From Octopus bimaculoides (taxonomy: Eukaryota), in contig NC_068984.1 in assembly GCF_001194135.2 (NCBI RefSeq), positions 91,432,968 to 91,491,405 of the forward strand: DNA of 58,438 bases. Reading direction: 5' to 3'. The notes below the pieces were generated by a model. That model saw only the letters and a list, made by a program, of their open reading frames with translations, ran no database searches and was not told the origin of the DNA. Positions 38,101-48,779 of this stretch are shown one piece after another. How positions within the stretch are numbered: position 1 is the first letter of the stretch; every line of letters starts with the position of its first letter. A program made the translations under genes and the position numbers.

Positions 38101-39967
38101 GCAACATTTTCAATAGTCGTTGACTCTGTCCATTATCTGAACTGCGTTCTTTTTGTTTGTTTGTGCGCATGTGTGTGGGTCAGTGTGCATGCGCATACAC
38201 ATATGTATGTATGCATGCATGTGTGTGTGTGCATGCATACATTCATGCATGTGCGTATGTTTGTGCATATTCATGTATTTGTGTGTTCGTGTTTGCATGT
38301 GTGTGTGTGTACCTCTGTCTCTTTGTGTGTGCATGTCTGAGTGTGTTTGTGTGTGTGTGTCTGTCTGTGTCTGTGTATGGGTTTTTGTGACAAGGTACTG
38401 CGTCTGTTATGTATGGATGTGTCTCCATATATGTCCTTGTGTGAAGTGAAGTGTGTATGTATATAGTCATGTGTATAATATTTATGTTTTACTAACTCTT
38501 TTTAATCTCAACATTTTATTTCATTTTTAGAGTCATATTTTGGTGCACAAAAACCATCGACCATATGTGTGTGACTATTGTGATGCTGGTTTTACAAAAA
38601 AGCAGTCACTCAAAATTCATCTTCAGACTCATTCACTGGTTGGTACTAATCTTTATTATAACTATCTTCAGTCATATAGCTAACACAATGTGTCATAATC
38701 ATTGTCATGTATAGTTATCCATTGTTGATAATACATTGGTAGTTGTTAATCCAGTAACCATACTCCTATTTTGCCAGATGAATAAATTGTTAATAGGAAA
38801 TCATTATTTCTAATTGATAAAACATTAATTCTATTTTCTTACATGTCTCCCTACATACCCTCCTTACTGACTGTGTCCCAGCCTATCACATTTTGATAAA
38901 GCCTAATCTTTGGAACTTTTTGTCTTTTATCATCTTTCTCACCTCAATATCAACAGTGTTACCTTCATGAAAACCTTTTGTTAAAAATATATTTTATAAA
39001 CATTCTATCAAACATTCTAAACAAAAATTAACTGAAAGTAATATTTTTTGTTAATGTTATATTGGTACAGTTGGTAATCCTTTATCCAAAATGCTTGGAA
39101 CTGGAGGTGTTTTGGATTTAAGACAATTTTAGATTGCAAAATTTTGGTATATTTGCATCTATATAATGGCACGTCTTGGTCATGGGATTCCAGTCTAAAT
39201 ACAGTTACATTTCATAATACTTCTTTTACATATAGATTTAATGTTGGTTCTGTTTTGCTTGATATGTAACAGTTTTACTTAGAGAATTTTTTGCTTTCCA
39301 TGAAAACCAATCTATGTTACACTCTCACTTCAACTTTTGAACTGCATAAAACATTTGCTTGTTACTTTCATTTTGCGTTTACCTCCGCTTTTTAAAACCC
39401 TTCAGAAATTTTCCATTTGTGTTGATTATTTCACTCAAAATAAATTAAGATTCTGAAGGCTTTTGGATTTCATAATTTTGGATAAAGGATTATGAACTGT
39501 ATTGTACTTTTGTATTATTAACTTAATTCAATATCTTTACTTTTATCTTTTATTATATGCAGGATAAACCATACATTTGTGATATTTGTGGTGATACTTT
39601 TGCTTCAGCTGATAAACGTAGTGATCATTACCAGATTCATTCAGAAGCGCACCATAGAGGTGAGGATAGTATTACACCAGCATATCAACAACTACACCAA
39701 GTGGTTAGCCCTTTGCCTAAGGCTTACACAAGTTCACAAGAGTTGTATATGACCCTAACACAGCTTCCCGGCAACCAAACTCCATTATCTGAGACATCTG
39801 CAATGGTTCAGCAAAAGCATGTACCATTCCGAACACATTTGCATCAAGATCAGCAATATTTGGAAATTCGTTCTCCAAATGTTGTTGAATCAACAGCTGT
39901 TACAGTTTCAGCACCTATCCTAACAACAGCTATCTCACCAGACTCAAGTTCAATCAGCAAGCCTTGA
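13712..39967 (+). CDS. shn: Schnurri/HIVEP-family C2H2 zinc-finger transcription factor (BMP/Smad cofactor), 9 joined coding exons, at least 3,049 aa; 5' end uncertain
   Basis: ZAS-N pair [53 protein letters not shown] (16504-16662). ZAS-C pair [66 protein letters not shown] (fingers 20230-20388), followed by an acidic tract. These are hallmark HIVEP/Schnurri sequences. Intron phases chain 1,2,2,1,1,0,0,0 without a break; exonic length from ATG 13762 to TGA 39967 is 9,150 nt. Confidence 0.95.
14375..15545 (+). mobile_element. CR1/Jockey-group LINE fragment (RT C-terminal half and 3' end), decayed
   Basis: FDINKAFD, SLFQLYINGLL, YFYADG (YADD remnant) and the C-terminal FYCYYNGLCFSDLVDLV motif. 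Confidence 0.8.
16319..20669 (+). CDS. shn: shn giant exon B (4,351 nt) with both ZAS finger pairs
   Basis: Acceptor tactttag|GT at 16317-16318 and donor AAAG|gtaaat at 20670. Part of the 1465-aa ORF. Contains both finger pairs, a LEEHILQIISKN motif, the FCC...MYSNW motif and the D/E tract. Confidence 0.95.
21720..21872 (+). CDS. shn: shn exon C (153 nt, phase 2-2)
   Basis: Acceptor tttttacag|T and donor AGG|gttagt. In frame with the ORF MPTHSSSLDV. Confidence 0.85.
21915..22200 (-). mobile_element. RTE 3' UTR fragment
   Basis: ctggatgccctttctaatgttaacc tail motif plus a purine-rich segment complementary to 5640-5720. Confidence 0.55.
22520..22655 (-). mobile_element. tRNA SINE fragment (gcctttcatcc family)
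   Basis: ggtactgattttaattgag...aggatgaaaggcaaagtt...agaatt. Confidence 0.6.
23107..23150 (+). CDS. shn: shn 44-nt microexon D (phase 2 to 1; GLTATISSSSVAMIT)
   Basis: Acceptor cattttttag|TTTG and strong donor ACAG|gtaagt at 23151. It is the only candidate I found that converts phase 2 to the phase 1 needed by exon E. Confidence 0.7.
24361..24492 (+). CDS. shn: shn exon E (132 nt, phase 1-1; ...EIARSLLDLSQRQ...)
   Basis: Acceptor ttttcctttggacag|GT and donor ACAG|gtgagt at 24493. Open only in the phase-1 frame among those tested against neighbours. Confidence 0.85.
24595..24985 (-). mobile_element. Full-length, relatively young tRNA-derived SINE (OK-type) with 10-bp TSD
   Basis: Reverse-complement head ggcgtaatggcccagtggttaggg...ggtttcgattccc (A and B boxes), (CAA)n tail, TSD tatagttgat at 24585-24594 and 24986-24995. 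Many CpGs are retained. Confidence 0.88.
25040..26640. other. Unclassified, highly decayed TE-like sequence
   Basis: C/T-skewed and compositionally distinct from adjacent AT-rich intron; no recognisable domain. Confidence 0.2.
26788..27237 (-). mobile_element. Head-to-tail tandem of two full-length tRNA SINEs (about 26788-27010 and 27011-27237)
   Basis: Both contain aggcacaagg...tggtacttaatttatc.accctgaaaggatga.aggcaaagttg...aatttgaact...gccagctcac, joined and flanked by (aat)n. Confidence 0.85.
27333..27375 (-). ncRNA. Degenerate minimal hammerhead, left pLTR copy
   Basis: Reverse complement ttgaaa-ttgacaa-a-caca-tgctagc-tgtc-aaaa-tat-c-attcaa. Confidence 0.5.
29165..29207 (+). ncRNA. Degenerate minimal type I hammerhead ribozyme in the right pLTR
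   Basis: ttgaac-tcgacaa-a-gaca-cgctagc-tgtc-ggaa-tat-t-gttcaa. Stem I (6 bp) and stem II (4 bp) are intact; the CUGANGA and GAAA cores are mutated. Confidence 0.6.
29276..30892 (+). mobile_element. R4/Dong-like REL-endonuclease LINE with inverted 5' segment, in a (TAA)n site
   Basis: Minus strand 29276-29840: MALIPLSNELN, HLFYKDDLK, HSKADVDRLYLPRSNGGRG. Plus strand 29840-30717: HQWL...FILAAQDQ, CR...TIDHLISGCP, KLSKYKDLEIEI...VPVIVGAL, then an (aat)n tail at 30877-30892. Confidence 0.88.
31226..31443 (+). CDS. shn: shn exon F (218 nt, phase 1-0; LVRQYSF motif)
   Basis: Acceptor ttttacctttccag|AT and donor AAGA|gtaagt at 31444. In frame with ORF 31243. Confidence 0.88.
31637..34999 (+). CDS. 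shn: shn giant exon G (3,363 nt): Q/S/P-rich region, RxSP repeats, finger triplet, start of an extra finger
   Basis: Acceptor ctcttgttttag|AAG and donor CAA|gtgagt at 35000. In frame with the 1123-aa ORF. Ends in the middle of a finger (CNLCQAAFPSHHQLQ). Confidence 0.92.
35150..35910 (+). mobile_element. Deleted RTE remnant (ORF fragment, CT-rich UTR, tail)
   Basis: KKEAWECYYEWL resembles KREVWRRHYERL at about 8130-8180; aagggcatccag...(gat) tail at about 35720-35910. Confidence 0.55.
37180..37420 (-). mobile_element. Mariner transposase fragment (second family)
   Basis: Reverse complement encodes LLQ*DNARPHTA and HPAYSPDLA. Confidence 0.75.
37665..37833 (+). mobile_element. RTE-tail SINE
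   Basis: ggtgttaggaagggcatccagcc...acccatgc...gttaaacaa(tga)n. Confidence 0.7.
37863..38150 (-). mobile_element. OK-type SINE 3' fragment plus associated sequence
   Basis: caatcaacggaacagcttgctcgtgaaattaacgtgcaagtggctgagcactcc matches 24645-24700. Confidence 0.7.
38150..38470. repeat. Long imperfect (TG)n microsatellite just upstream of exon H
   Basis: Read directly from the sequence. Confidence 0.9.
38531..38638 (+). CDS. shn: shn exon H (108 nt, phase 0-0; SHILVHKNHRPYVCDYCDAGFTKKQSLKIHLQTHSL)
   Basis: Acceptor catttttag|AGT and donor CTG|gttggt. Completes the C-x2-C-x12-H-x3-H finger begun in exon G and encodes another full finger. Confidence 0.92.
39068..39499. mobile_element. Tigger/pogo-like MITE, 432 bp
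   Basis: TIRs cagttggtaatcctttatccaaaat and cagttcataatcctttatccaaaat (23/25). TA at 39066-39067 and 39500-39501. Confidence 0.88.
39563..39967 (+). CDS. shn: shn terminal coding exon I (DKPYICDICGDTFASADKRSDHYQIH...KP*)
   Basis: Acceptor tattatatgcag|GAT. Encodes the last C2H2 finger; TGA at 39965-39967. Confidence 0.88.
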   Translation, partial: DKPYICDICGDTFASADKRSDHYQIHSEAHHRGEDSITPAYQQLHQVVSPLPKAYTSSQELYMTLTQLPGNQTPLSETSAMVQQKHVPFRTHLHQDQQYLEIRSPNVVESTAVTVSAPILTTAISPDSSSISKP

Positions 39968-40497
39968 AATGGACCTATTGCCCCTTGGTAATCAAAATCA
40001 ATTTCAGTGGGAATTATTCCCTTCTGAAGAAATGCAGTATTCTGCAGTGGCATGCAGAAAGCATCATATGCAACAACCAGATAGTCAGTCAATGAAAAGT
40101 GCATCCCCTAGAAAATAGCAGCTTAACCTACAGATGGTTTTTCTGCTTACACAGGGGATATTTTGTTTGAGTGTCTTTGTTGTCACGGTGCAGAAAGCAT
40201 TAGGCATGTCTCTTCCGAGGGAGACCAAGCAGAATTTCTTGAATGAGCCCCATGATGGCTTTGATTGCAACCTGCTGAATAATGTTGTACCTATTTGATA
40301 CACTTCCTCAAGCCTGCTCTTCAGTTATGTTCGAGCACTTTTTTCAGGTTGAAACTAAGATGTGTGTAAACACAAGCCTTTTCTCTTTCCTTGCCTGGGT
40401 GACATTTTTGGGTTATCAGGTGGTGAGAGTTACAAAGACATATGAGAATACAAAGATCCTTGCAAGGAGAAACCAAATACGTGTGTATGTGCACATA

Positions 40498-40548
40498 TGT
40501 ATATATATATATATATATATTACACATGTATGCATGTGTGTATGTGTC

Positions 40549-40638
<90 letters not shown>
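40498..40638. repeat. (TA)n microsatellite complex in the putative 3' UTR
   Basis: Read directly from the sequence. Confidence 0.95.
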
Positions 40639-40642
<4 letters not shown>

Positions 40643-43562
40643 GAGACAGAGAGTGATATGTGTGTATGTATATATTTGTATATATATGATCTTTTGGGGG
40701 TCAAAGTAGAACAAATTCACTTGACTCTACAGAAATATGCTTCAAATAGGTGAAGATTTTTCTTTTAACATGCACTTGCACAGATTCACATACATATATA
40801 CAAATTAAAAAATTAAATACAATGATTAGAAAGCATTTTTTTTTTATTTTTTTAATGACCCACCCCCATTTGTTGTAATTTAAATCCTGACTCCCTAAAT
40901 TTGTTCCACAACATATACACTGTCTGATTTTGTTGGGAAATGTCCAAAGTCGGGTTTTATCTATAGAAGTGCTTGGGGTTGTTTTTAGAGCTTTTATTGA
41001 AAAATTGATAAAGTTTGTTTAATCTAATCTGTCTTTCAAAAGTGATATATTGTGTCTTGAAAAATATCAGATTCTACCGGAAAGGAGAGAAAAAAATTTT
41101 TTTTTTTTCTGATATATAAAATCCTTATTAGATATCTACTTGTCTGTAGCCAGCTATGCCTCTCTCTCTCTCTCTCTCTCATGCTCTAATCTACCTACAT
41201 GTATATTTTTGACTTTTTATACATAAAATATATCTATTTCTTTTGATAAGAATTTTTTTCTTTAAAATGTACATTTAGCATTTATTTATTTATTTTTTTT
41301 TCATTTTGAATTGTTTATTCCAAATATAGAAGAATGTTCATACTTCTAATACTCTCATTTAGGTCATTTGTATAGTTGATTGGTAAAACAGTTATTTACT
41401 GTTGAATGAGTATATTTGAGCACATCATAATGGAAAACACAATCTTCATAATTGTATTATTAATTTAGACGTGTTCTTTTTAAAGATCCCTTTAAAAAAG
41501 ATGCAAATGTGTTACTTTAAGAAATGTTTTTTTTTTCTCTAGTTTGCTTTTTAGCATAAGAATTTTGTCAAAATTTAGTACTTGTATCAGCTATAGTTTA
41601 AATAATTTCATGCATTATATATTTATAATAAAATAGATTATATTAAAATGCATGAAGAACATATATATATATTATATATAATTTTATATTATTTTTTTAT
41701 ATACATATATATGCACACACACACATATATGTATGTATACAGCAATACTATATTTTTTTTTAAATCTTCCCACTCCATTTAAAAGACAGTTTTTATTTTT
41801 AAGAATAATTTTGATTTCTCATGTATAATTTAGAACCAGTGATATTAAGATATTAATGATAGCTTTGTTTTCTATTTCTGTTGTTATTTAGTTCCACTGT
41901 AATCACTGAAATATAGAAATTTAATTACCTTTTGCTATTTCAGTATCAAAAAAATTTAGCCAATATATGTTATCATCTCACAATTTTTCTTTGCATATAT
42001 AAAGAAGCCTACTTTCATCTTTACACATACATGTGCATTCACTTTAAACAGTGTTTTTCAATTCATTAATCAGTTTTTAAACCATAGTGAAGAAATTTGC
42101 TGCATTTACTATCCATTCCATGTACTCTTAGCATTAACTTTTTAAAAAATTGAAACCACCTCCTACACAAATTCTCTATTCAATTGATTTTGTTCACTTT
42201 CGTGGTTGTATGTATGAGTGTGTGCACACCGGTATTTCCCTTTTTTATTTTATTTTTTTTATTTTTTTTTTTTAAGTTTTAACCCTGTGAAATATTTGCA
42301 AGTTTACTTTTAGTTTGTGTCACAGATTTAATACAATTTGGAACTGTTATTTAATTTCTTTTGTTTATTTTTATATTTTCTTTCCTCTATGCCATGTTTT
42401 AAGTGGTTGTAAGTAGTGGAGAGTGTCTTTATGTTCAGTTTAAAATATATTTTCATAACTTTCTTTGAAGAAATATGCTTTTAATGAGTAAACTAATATT
42501 TCTAGATAATCTGTCCCTTCTTAAAAACTGTCTTAATATTTTCTGACAACTAAAACAAATCATGAGTTTTATTATCTGTCTTTTGATGATTTGATTCAAA
42601 TGTTTTAAATACAAAGTGGGAGGAGGATATTATGAAATCAAAAATAACAAAATGCCATGTTTAAATACATTGCCTACATTTTATTTTGTATTTCTGATAA
42701 TTTGTTTTCCAAAAGAATATTACTACAATTTTTTTTTGTTAAAGTTTGCAAATATTTTCATTATTTATCATTTTGGGGCAACTTTATATTTTACATTTTA
42801 AAATTTATTTTACTCTTTGAGGAATAAAGGCATTTATGATAAATTTCAAATATTTGGAAGACATACAAATTAGTATAGAAATCAGAGTGAATCAGGTTAT
42901 ACATTTGACTTCAAAACTTTTTTCATCTTTTCTCCTTGTTAGAATTAAGTCCTTGCTTTCTTGAAAGGGATGATTATTTACTATTTTTTGTTAACCCAGA
43001 CATAAATACATTGCATATATTTCATGTTAAAAAAATAAGCAATGATTGATTATTGAGATAAACACAGAAATGTTTATAAAATTATGTATATTTTCTTGAT
43101 TTAGTTAGAATTATAATACAGAATAGTATTAAAGCTGTAATGATTCAAATCGCATGAATAAGTAAAATTGGTATTTCAGGAATCCTCTAAATTATACACC
43201 ATTTCTTTAGTGACATTTGACTTAAAATAAGTTTTTATTTTCAGAAAATAAGAAATGCAAACTAATATTTTCTCAAAAATGATTTGTATTTTTTATCAGA
43301 CTTTTGTAATAATAATCTATGCTTTTCCAATACAGCTGTTGACATTTTACTGAGTTATATTTTAATCAAATCAAGGAATTTGTGCAGTCCAGTATAAGTA
43401 TATGATATCAGTGTATTTCTGTATTAAAAATTGCTTACTTGGAGAAGCAGTTTATTAAATCTATAAAAAGTGTTATCAGGAAAATAGATTTAGACAGATG
43501 AATTCATGTAAACAGACACACAGGCACACTTTTGTATACAGATTTAAACATTTTAAGCAGAA

Positions 43563-43609
<47 letters not shown>
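43563..43609. repeat. (ATT)n microsatellite
   Basis: Read directly from the sequence. Confidence 0.95.
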
Positions 43610-43610
<1 letters not shown>

Positions 43611-44904
43611 ATCCTTAAAACGATTTTTATTATTATTTCTCTCATTACATCTAATTTTCTTCCTATATAGGAATTTGGTAATAGATAATATGTATACATA
43701 TTATCTTTTACCTGCTGAGAACACAATCTAAACATTAAATTGTATTTTGATATTTCCTTCATAAACATAATAATCTATAGAATAGAAATCATTATTGAAA
43801 TTCTAAAATTCACTCACCAAATTTCAAACAGTCTAAATAGCATTATTCTAATTCTGCATAAAAATGAATTTGAATTTTAAAAAATGCATGTATCTATATN
43901 NNNNNNNNNNNNNNNNNNNNNNNNNNNNNNNNNNNNNNNNNNNNNNNNNNNNNNNNNNNNNNNNNNNNNNNNNNNNNNNNNNNNNNNNNNNNNNNNNNNN
44001 NNNNNNNNNNNNNNNNNNNNNNNNNNNNNNNNNNNNNNNNNNNNNNNNNNNNNNNNNNNNNNNNNNNNNNNNNNNNNNNNNNNNNNNNNNNNNNNNNNNN
44101 NNNNNNNNNNNNNNNNNNNNNNNNNNNNNNNNNNNNNNNNNNNNNNNNNNNNNNNNNNNNNNNNNNNNNNNNNNNNNNNNNNNNNNNNNNNNNNNNNNNN
44201 NNNNNNNNNNNNNNNNNNNNNNNNNNNNNNNNNNNNNNNNNNNNNNNNNNNNNNNNNNNNNNNNNNNNNNNNNNNNNNNNNNNNNNNNNNNNNNNNNNNN
44301 NNNNNNNNNNNNNNNNNNNNNNNNNNNNNNNNNNNNNNNNNNNNNNNNNNNNNNNNNNNNNNNNNNNNNNNNNNNNNNNNNNNNNNNNNNNNNNNNNNNN
44401 NNNNNNNNNNNNNNNNNNNNNNNNNNNNNNNNNNNNNNNNNNNNNNNNNNNNNNNNNNNTATATATATGAATTGTAACAAAACAAAAATTGGTGTTCGAA
44501 GCGAGTTACTTCTCTTCAAATTTTATCGCTTACATAAACATAAGGTGATATGAATGTGTGTGTGTGTGTGTGTGTGCGTGCATATGCTTGTTAGTTTTTT
44601 TACTTCTGTTCATTTATAGTAAGTAACTGTAACTCTTTAGTTTCTAAACTACTGCTTTTCCTTTGATGTCCATTTAGTTAAATCATTCTGTTAAATATAG
44701 CTAAATGGCAAGTTTTTTGGAACTCTCTCTCTCTCTCTCTCTCTGTGTGTGACACACAGATCCCTCCTCTTTTCTCTTGTTCTCATTCTGTTGAGAATAC
44801 TGTCTGGCCTGTTGTGGGTTCCGTTGAATGTATGAAATGTATACAAGGCAGGTGAAAAATAGAGAAGGATATGAGTATTCAGTCATTTGACCATTAAGCA
44901 AGAT

Positions 44905-45065
44905 ATTAGTGTCATCATCATTGGTTAATGTTAATTTTTCCATGCTTGCATGGGTAAACAAAACTTGTTGAGGCAGATTTTCTATGGTTGGATGCCTTTC
45001 CTGTTGCAAGCTCTTCCCTGTCTCCAAGCAAGGTAATATTTCCCCATGACTAGATATAGTGTATC
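44905..45065 (-). mobile_element. RTE-tail SINE
   Basis: (cat)n...ttccatgcttgcatggg...ggttggatgcctttcctgttgc. Confidence 0.65.
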
Positions 45066-46149
45066 TGGAATACAAGGATCTAGGAAATAGTTCAGCATTT
45101 TGTTTCTTTGATTCTTGGGTTGAGAAGGTTAAGTAACACACATTAAATTAAATAATTTCTTTTTTAATTAATTATACCATCTTCCTTTCTCATTTCCATT
45201 TTCCCTTATCAATTGTAATGTAATGATTTAGTGTAAAGAAACAGTTTGCAATTTGTTGTTATATATTGAATTTTTATGTAGAGAGTAATCTAGGTAAGGA
45301 GAGTTCTTAAATAATCGCATTATTATTGTCTATTTCAAAGTAATCAGTGTCATGGTAAAGAGTGGGGGGATATTTCTATTTAGCTCTTATTTTGTATTTT
45401 CACGTTTGTGTTAGTATATGTCAAACCTTTTAAATATTATTTTCGTCTACATTTACATTGATCAAATCCTAATATGTCATAGCTTCAAATGTTTATCTAC
45501 TTGATTATTACTCCAGCATCTTATATACAAACATGTTTACAGAGTACTACTTACACATTATTCTTTTTTGTAGGTTCCTATAATATTGGGCATTCAAATA
45601 ACCAACCATCAAATATAGATTGCTGTAACACTATTCACTATTTATATTAATGTATTTTGTTCAGATATAAGTTACTATAATAAAGATGAGAAGCTGGTTA
45701 TCTGTTAAAATATATTATCAATAATGATACATTTCTTACTGGAATAGTGAGTTTGTTACATTTGTTTAGGGCATTAAAAAAGAAAACTGGACAATCTTAA
45801 TCAATGAGAGCTTTATGTATATATTGATTTATTATATCTTGACATAAAATAGTTTTGTAAATATATAAAAAGGCTCTTATTTTCCCTAACAGTGGTTCAG
45901 TCTTTACACATTGTTGAACATTTCTTTTTGTTTGTATATACCTTAGCTAATATTTAATTATTTTTACTTTTTCACTCATTTTGACACTAGTAAAGAGAAT
46001 CTGTGCCTTGATTTATAATTAGAGTTCATCTGTAGGATTCCTGTTATTAGTAGTACAAACATTGTTGTATAGAGTTTTGTGTAATGTCAATAAATTCAAT
46101 CGCTTTGAGAAATGGCAAGACTTGCCTTTCAACAGAGAGTAGAAAAAGA

Positions 46150-46385
46150 TGGAGTTGTGAACTTGGTTGATCTATAGCAATTGACCTAAAATCTTAGATT
46201 TAAATTTCTTGCTTAATTGTGGCACTTCACATTCTGAGTTCAAATTTTTTTGTGGCCAGTTTTGTCTTTCTTCCTTCCAGAGTCAATAAAATAAGGTACC
46301 AGTCTGGTACTGGGGTTGATGGTATTGATAAATTCCTTCTTTTAAAAATATTGCCAATCTCATGCCTAAATTAGAAACAATTATT
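46150..46385 (+). mobile_element. tRNA SINE (gcctttcatcc family), decayed
   Basis: ctgagttcaaatt...gtctttcttccttcc...gtcaataaaataaggtaccagt. Confidence 0.6.
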
Positions 46386-46529
46386 CATGTTAGGTAGTTT
46401 AGTTATTGTACACCTATAACTTGGATAAATACTATCAAATATATACCATTATAAAAGCAATGACTGAAGTATTTTATCATGTTATACACACACACATACA
46501 CCCTCACAAATACATACATGCATACATAC

Positions 46530-46695
46530 ACACAGGCGTGGTTGTGTGGTTAAAAATTACACTTCCTAACTATGTGGTTTCAGGTTTAGACTCATTGTAT
46601 GGCACCTTGGACTTTGAACAAGTACCTTCTGCTACAACCCCAGCCAAAACCTCAGGAATGGATTTGATGGGTAGAAACTGAAAAGAAGCCTGTAT
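46530..46695 (+). mobile_element. CORE-type SINE head
   Basis: caggcgtggttgtgtggttaa...ggcaccttgg...agaaactgaaaagaagcc, followed by TA/CA repeats. Confidence 0.65.
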
Positions 46696-47692
46696 CAGAT
46701 ATATATATATATATATATATATCTTTACACACACACACACACACATATATATACATGTATATACAAGTATATGTATGTATGTGCATGTACACGTGTGTGT
46801 TCATTTACACCATTGAAAACTTATTTGAAAGTGATTTGAGCAATGATGCTGTTGGTACTTCTGTCACTAACTTGTTTGCTCACTATGTGCTTTCGAAATC
46901 TTGTAGAATAATAGATCCCTTACTTAAAACAAATAAGAGTGAACATCAGGAAGGGCATCCAAATGTAAAACAATGCCTCAATATTATATTCATCAAACCC
47001 ATGCTAGCATGGAAGAATGGATGTAAAATTAAATGAGTGCATATATATATATATTTGCATAGATAAAGACACATTAGTCTAAATAAACTAGCAAGTACTA
47101 AAATATTCTTGCCCTTCATGCTTTTTACAATTATGACTGCTGATGTTGATTCTAAATACTGCTGCTATACTTACACTACTATTACTACTGCTGTTTCTTT
47201 TTTCTTTCTTTCTTTCACCTTTTTCACAAAAAATAAATTCAAATGTCAGGTTATCAAGTTGGACTATTTTACTAACTCATCCAAACGATACTGGTGTTTA
47301 ATAATGGATGTGAAATCTTACTGGTAATTACAACATCACCATCTTATTTTTTGTTTCAAAATGTTCAAAATCTACTGGTTCCTTGTTTAGTTGTTTTCTT
47401 TTCTCCCGGTGACATAAAAACCAAATTGGGAATTTGGAATTTTTTGATTATTCAAATTTTCTATGATTGGATTATATTTATTTCTTGTTACTGTTACTTT
47501 TCCAAATTCTACACTTGTGATCTTGATATTATTTTTGGTTTCTCCTTTGCAATAGAATAATAGCTGATCACTTTTTATTTGTATATAAACAATATCAGAC
47601 ATTTGTATTAATTTGTGGGCATCCACTAAATTCAAATAGAGACTGTTGGGAATATTTTACAGTTCATAGTTGTTCCACCGATTGAATGAATT

Positions 47693-47735
<43 letters not shown>

Positions 47736-48779
47736 GCCATCCTTCCAAATGTACATATTTATCTATATATCTTCATGTGTTATATACAAATTTGTACACT
47801 AGCACTCACTCACCTACACTGATACTCTCCTAAACTCAACACATGAGTATGGATATTTTTCATTTGGGAAAATAGTAGCAAATACCTGTCTGTTTCTAGA
47901 TTTAATTTCATCTTTCTATGATAGGAATAAGTTGGATGTTCTTCTATTTGACCATTCTGTATGATTCCTTCTATGCCTTTGTAAAAATCTATTTAGAGAT
48001 CTGGATATCGATGGAAGTTAAAAAAATTAACAAAAAGTTGATGAATTTAAATAATCTTCATGAAAATCTTTTCGTATCTCTTGTTACATTTCCTCCACAT
48101 CTGCACTTCTTTTCATCAAATACTGAAATGGCAGTTTGTTTCATCCAATACATGACACAAATCTATCAACTTACAAATTCAATCTGCAAACTTAGCATTT
48201 TGATTTTTGACATTATTTCATCTAATTTTGAATTTGAAGTGTCGTGAATTTCAAGATATTGTGATATTCTACTGGATATAATTTTGGGCCCATGTAAAAT
48301 GAACTGAGAAATTGTTTTCTTTTCTATGTGTGTTGGAGTGGAATGATGCAATATGAATGACTTACAGTTGCCAAAGTTTTTTAATTGTTCTCTTCTGTGA
48401 TGTTCAGAATTATAACTGAACTAATCATATAAAGCTTTTATACCTTCTAGTTAACATATATCTAATAGGATCACTTTTATGATAAACTTTCAGTCATTTT
48501 GTTCTGTGTATGTATTCTATTAGTCCGTGTGTATAATTATATCATCCATCCTTGCAGCTGCTGATTTATTAATAACTGTTTGCAATACCTAAATATTGGT
48601 GTATGTGTCTGACTTTTTTGTTTGTTGTATCACTTCTATTGGAACATAATCAATACTGCTGCTTCATAATTGTGTTTGTAAAAAATTTCTAAATTTCATT
48701 TACAATTGGTTTAAATGACTATATCTTATTGAATGAAGAAAATAGACAGGGAAGTGACACAAACACAGACATGCATGGG

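Larger units (their letters stand above)
39968..43899 (+). other. Probable long 3' UTR of shn
   Basis: AT-rich, with overlapping ATTTA repeats near 41280-41295, AATAAA at 42823 and ATTAAA at 43734. No SINE or LINE insertion seen over about 3.9 kb, unlike the flanks. The end is not determinable. Confidence 0.45.
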
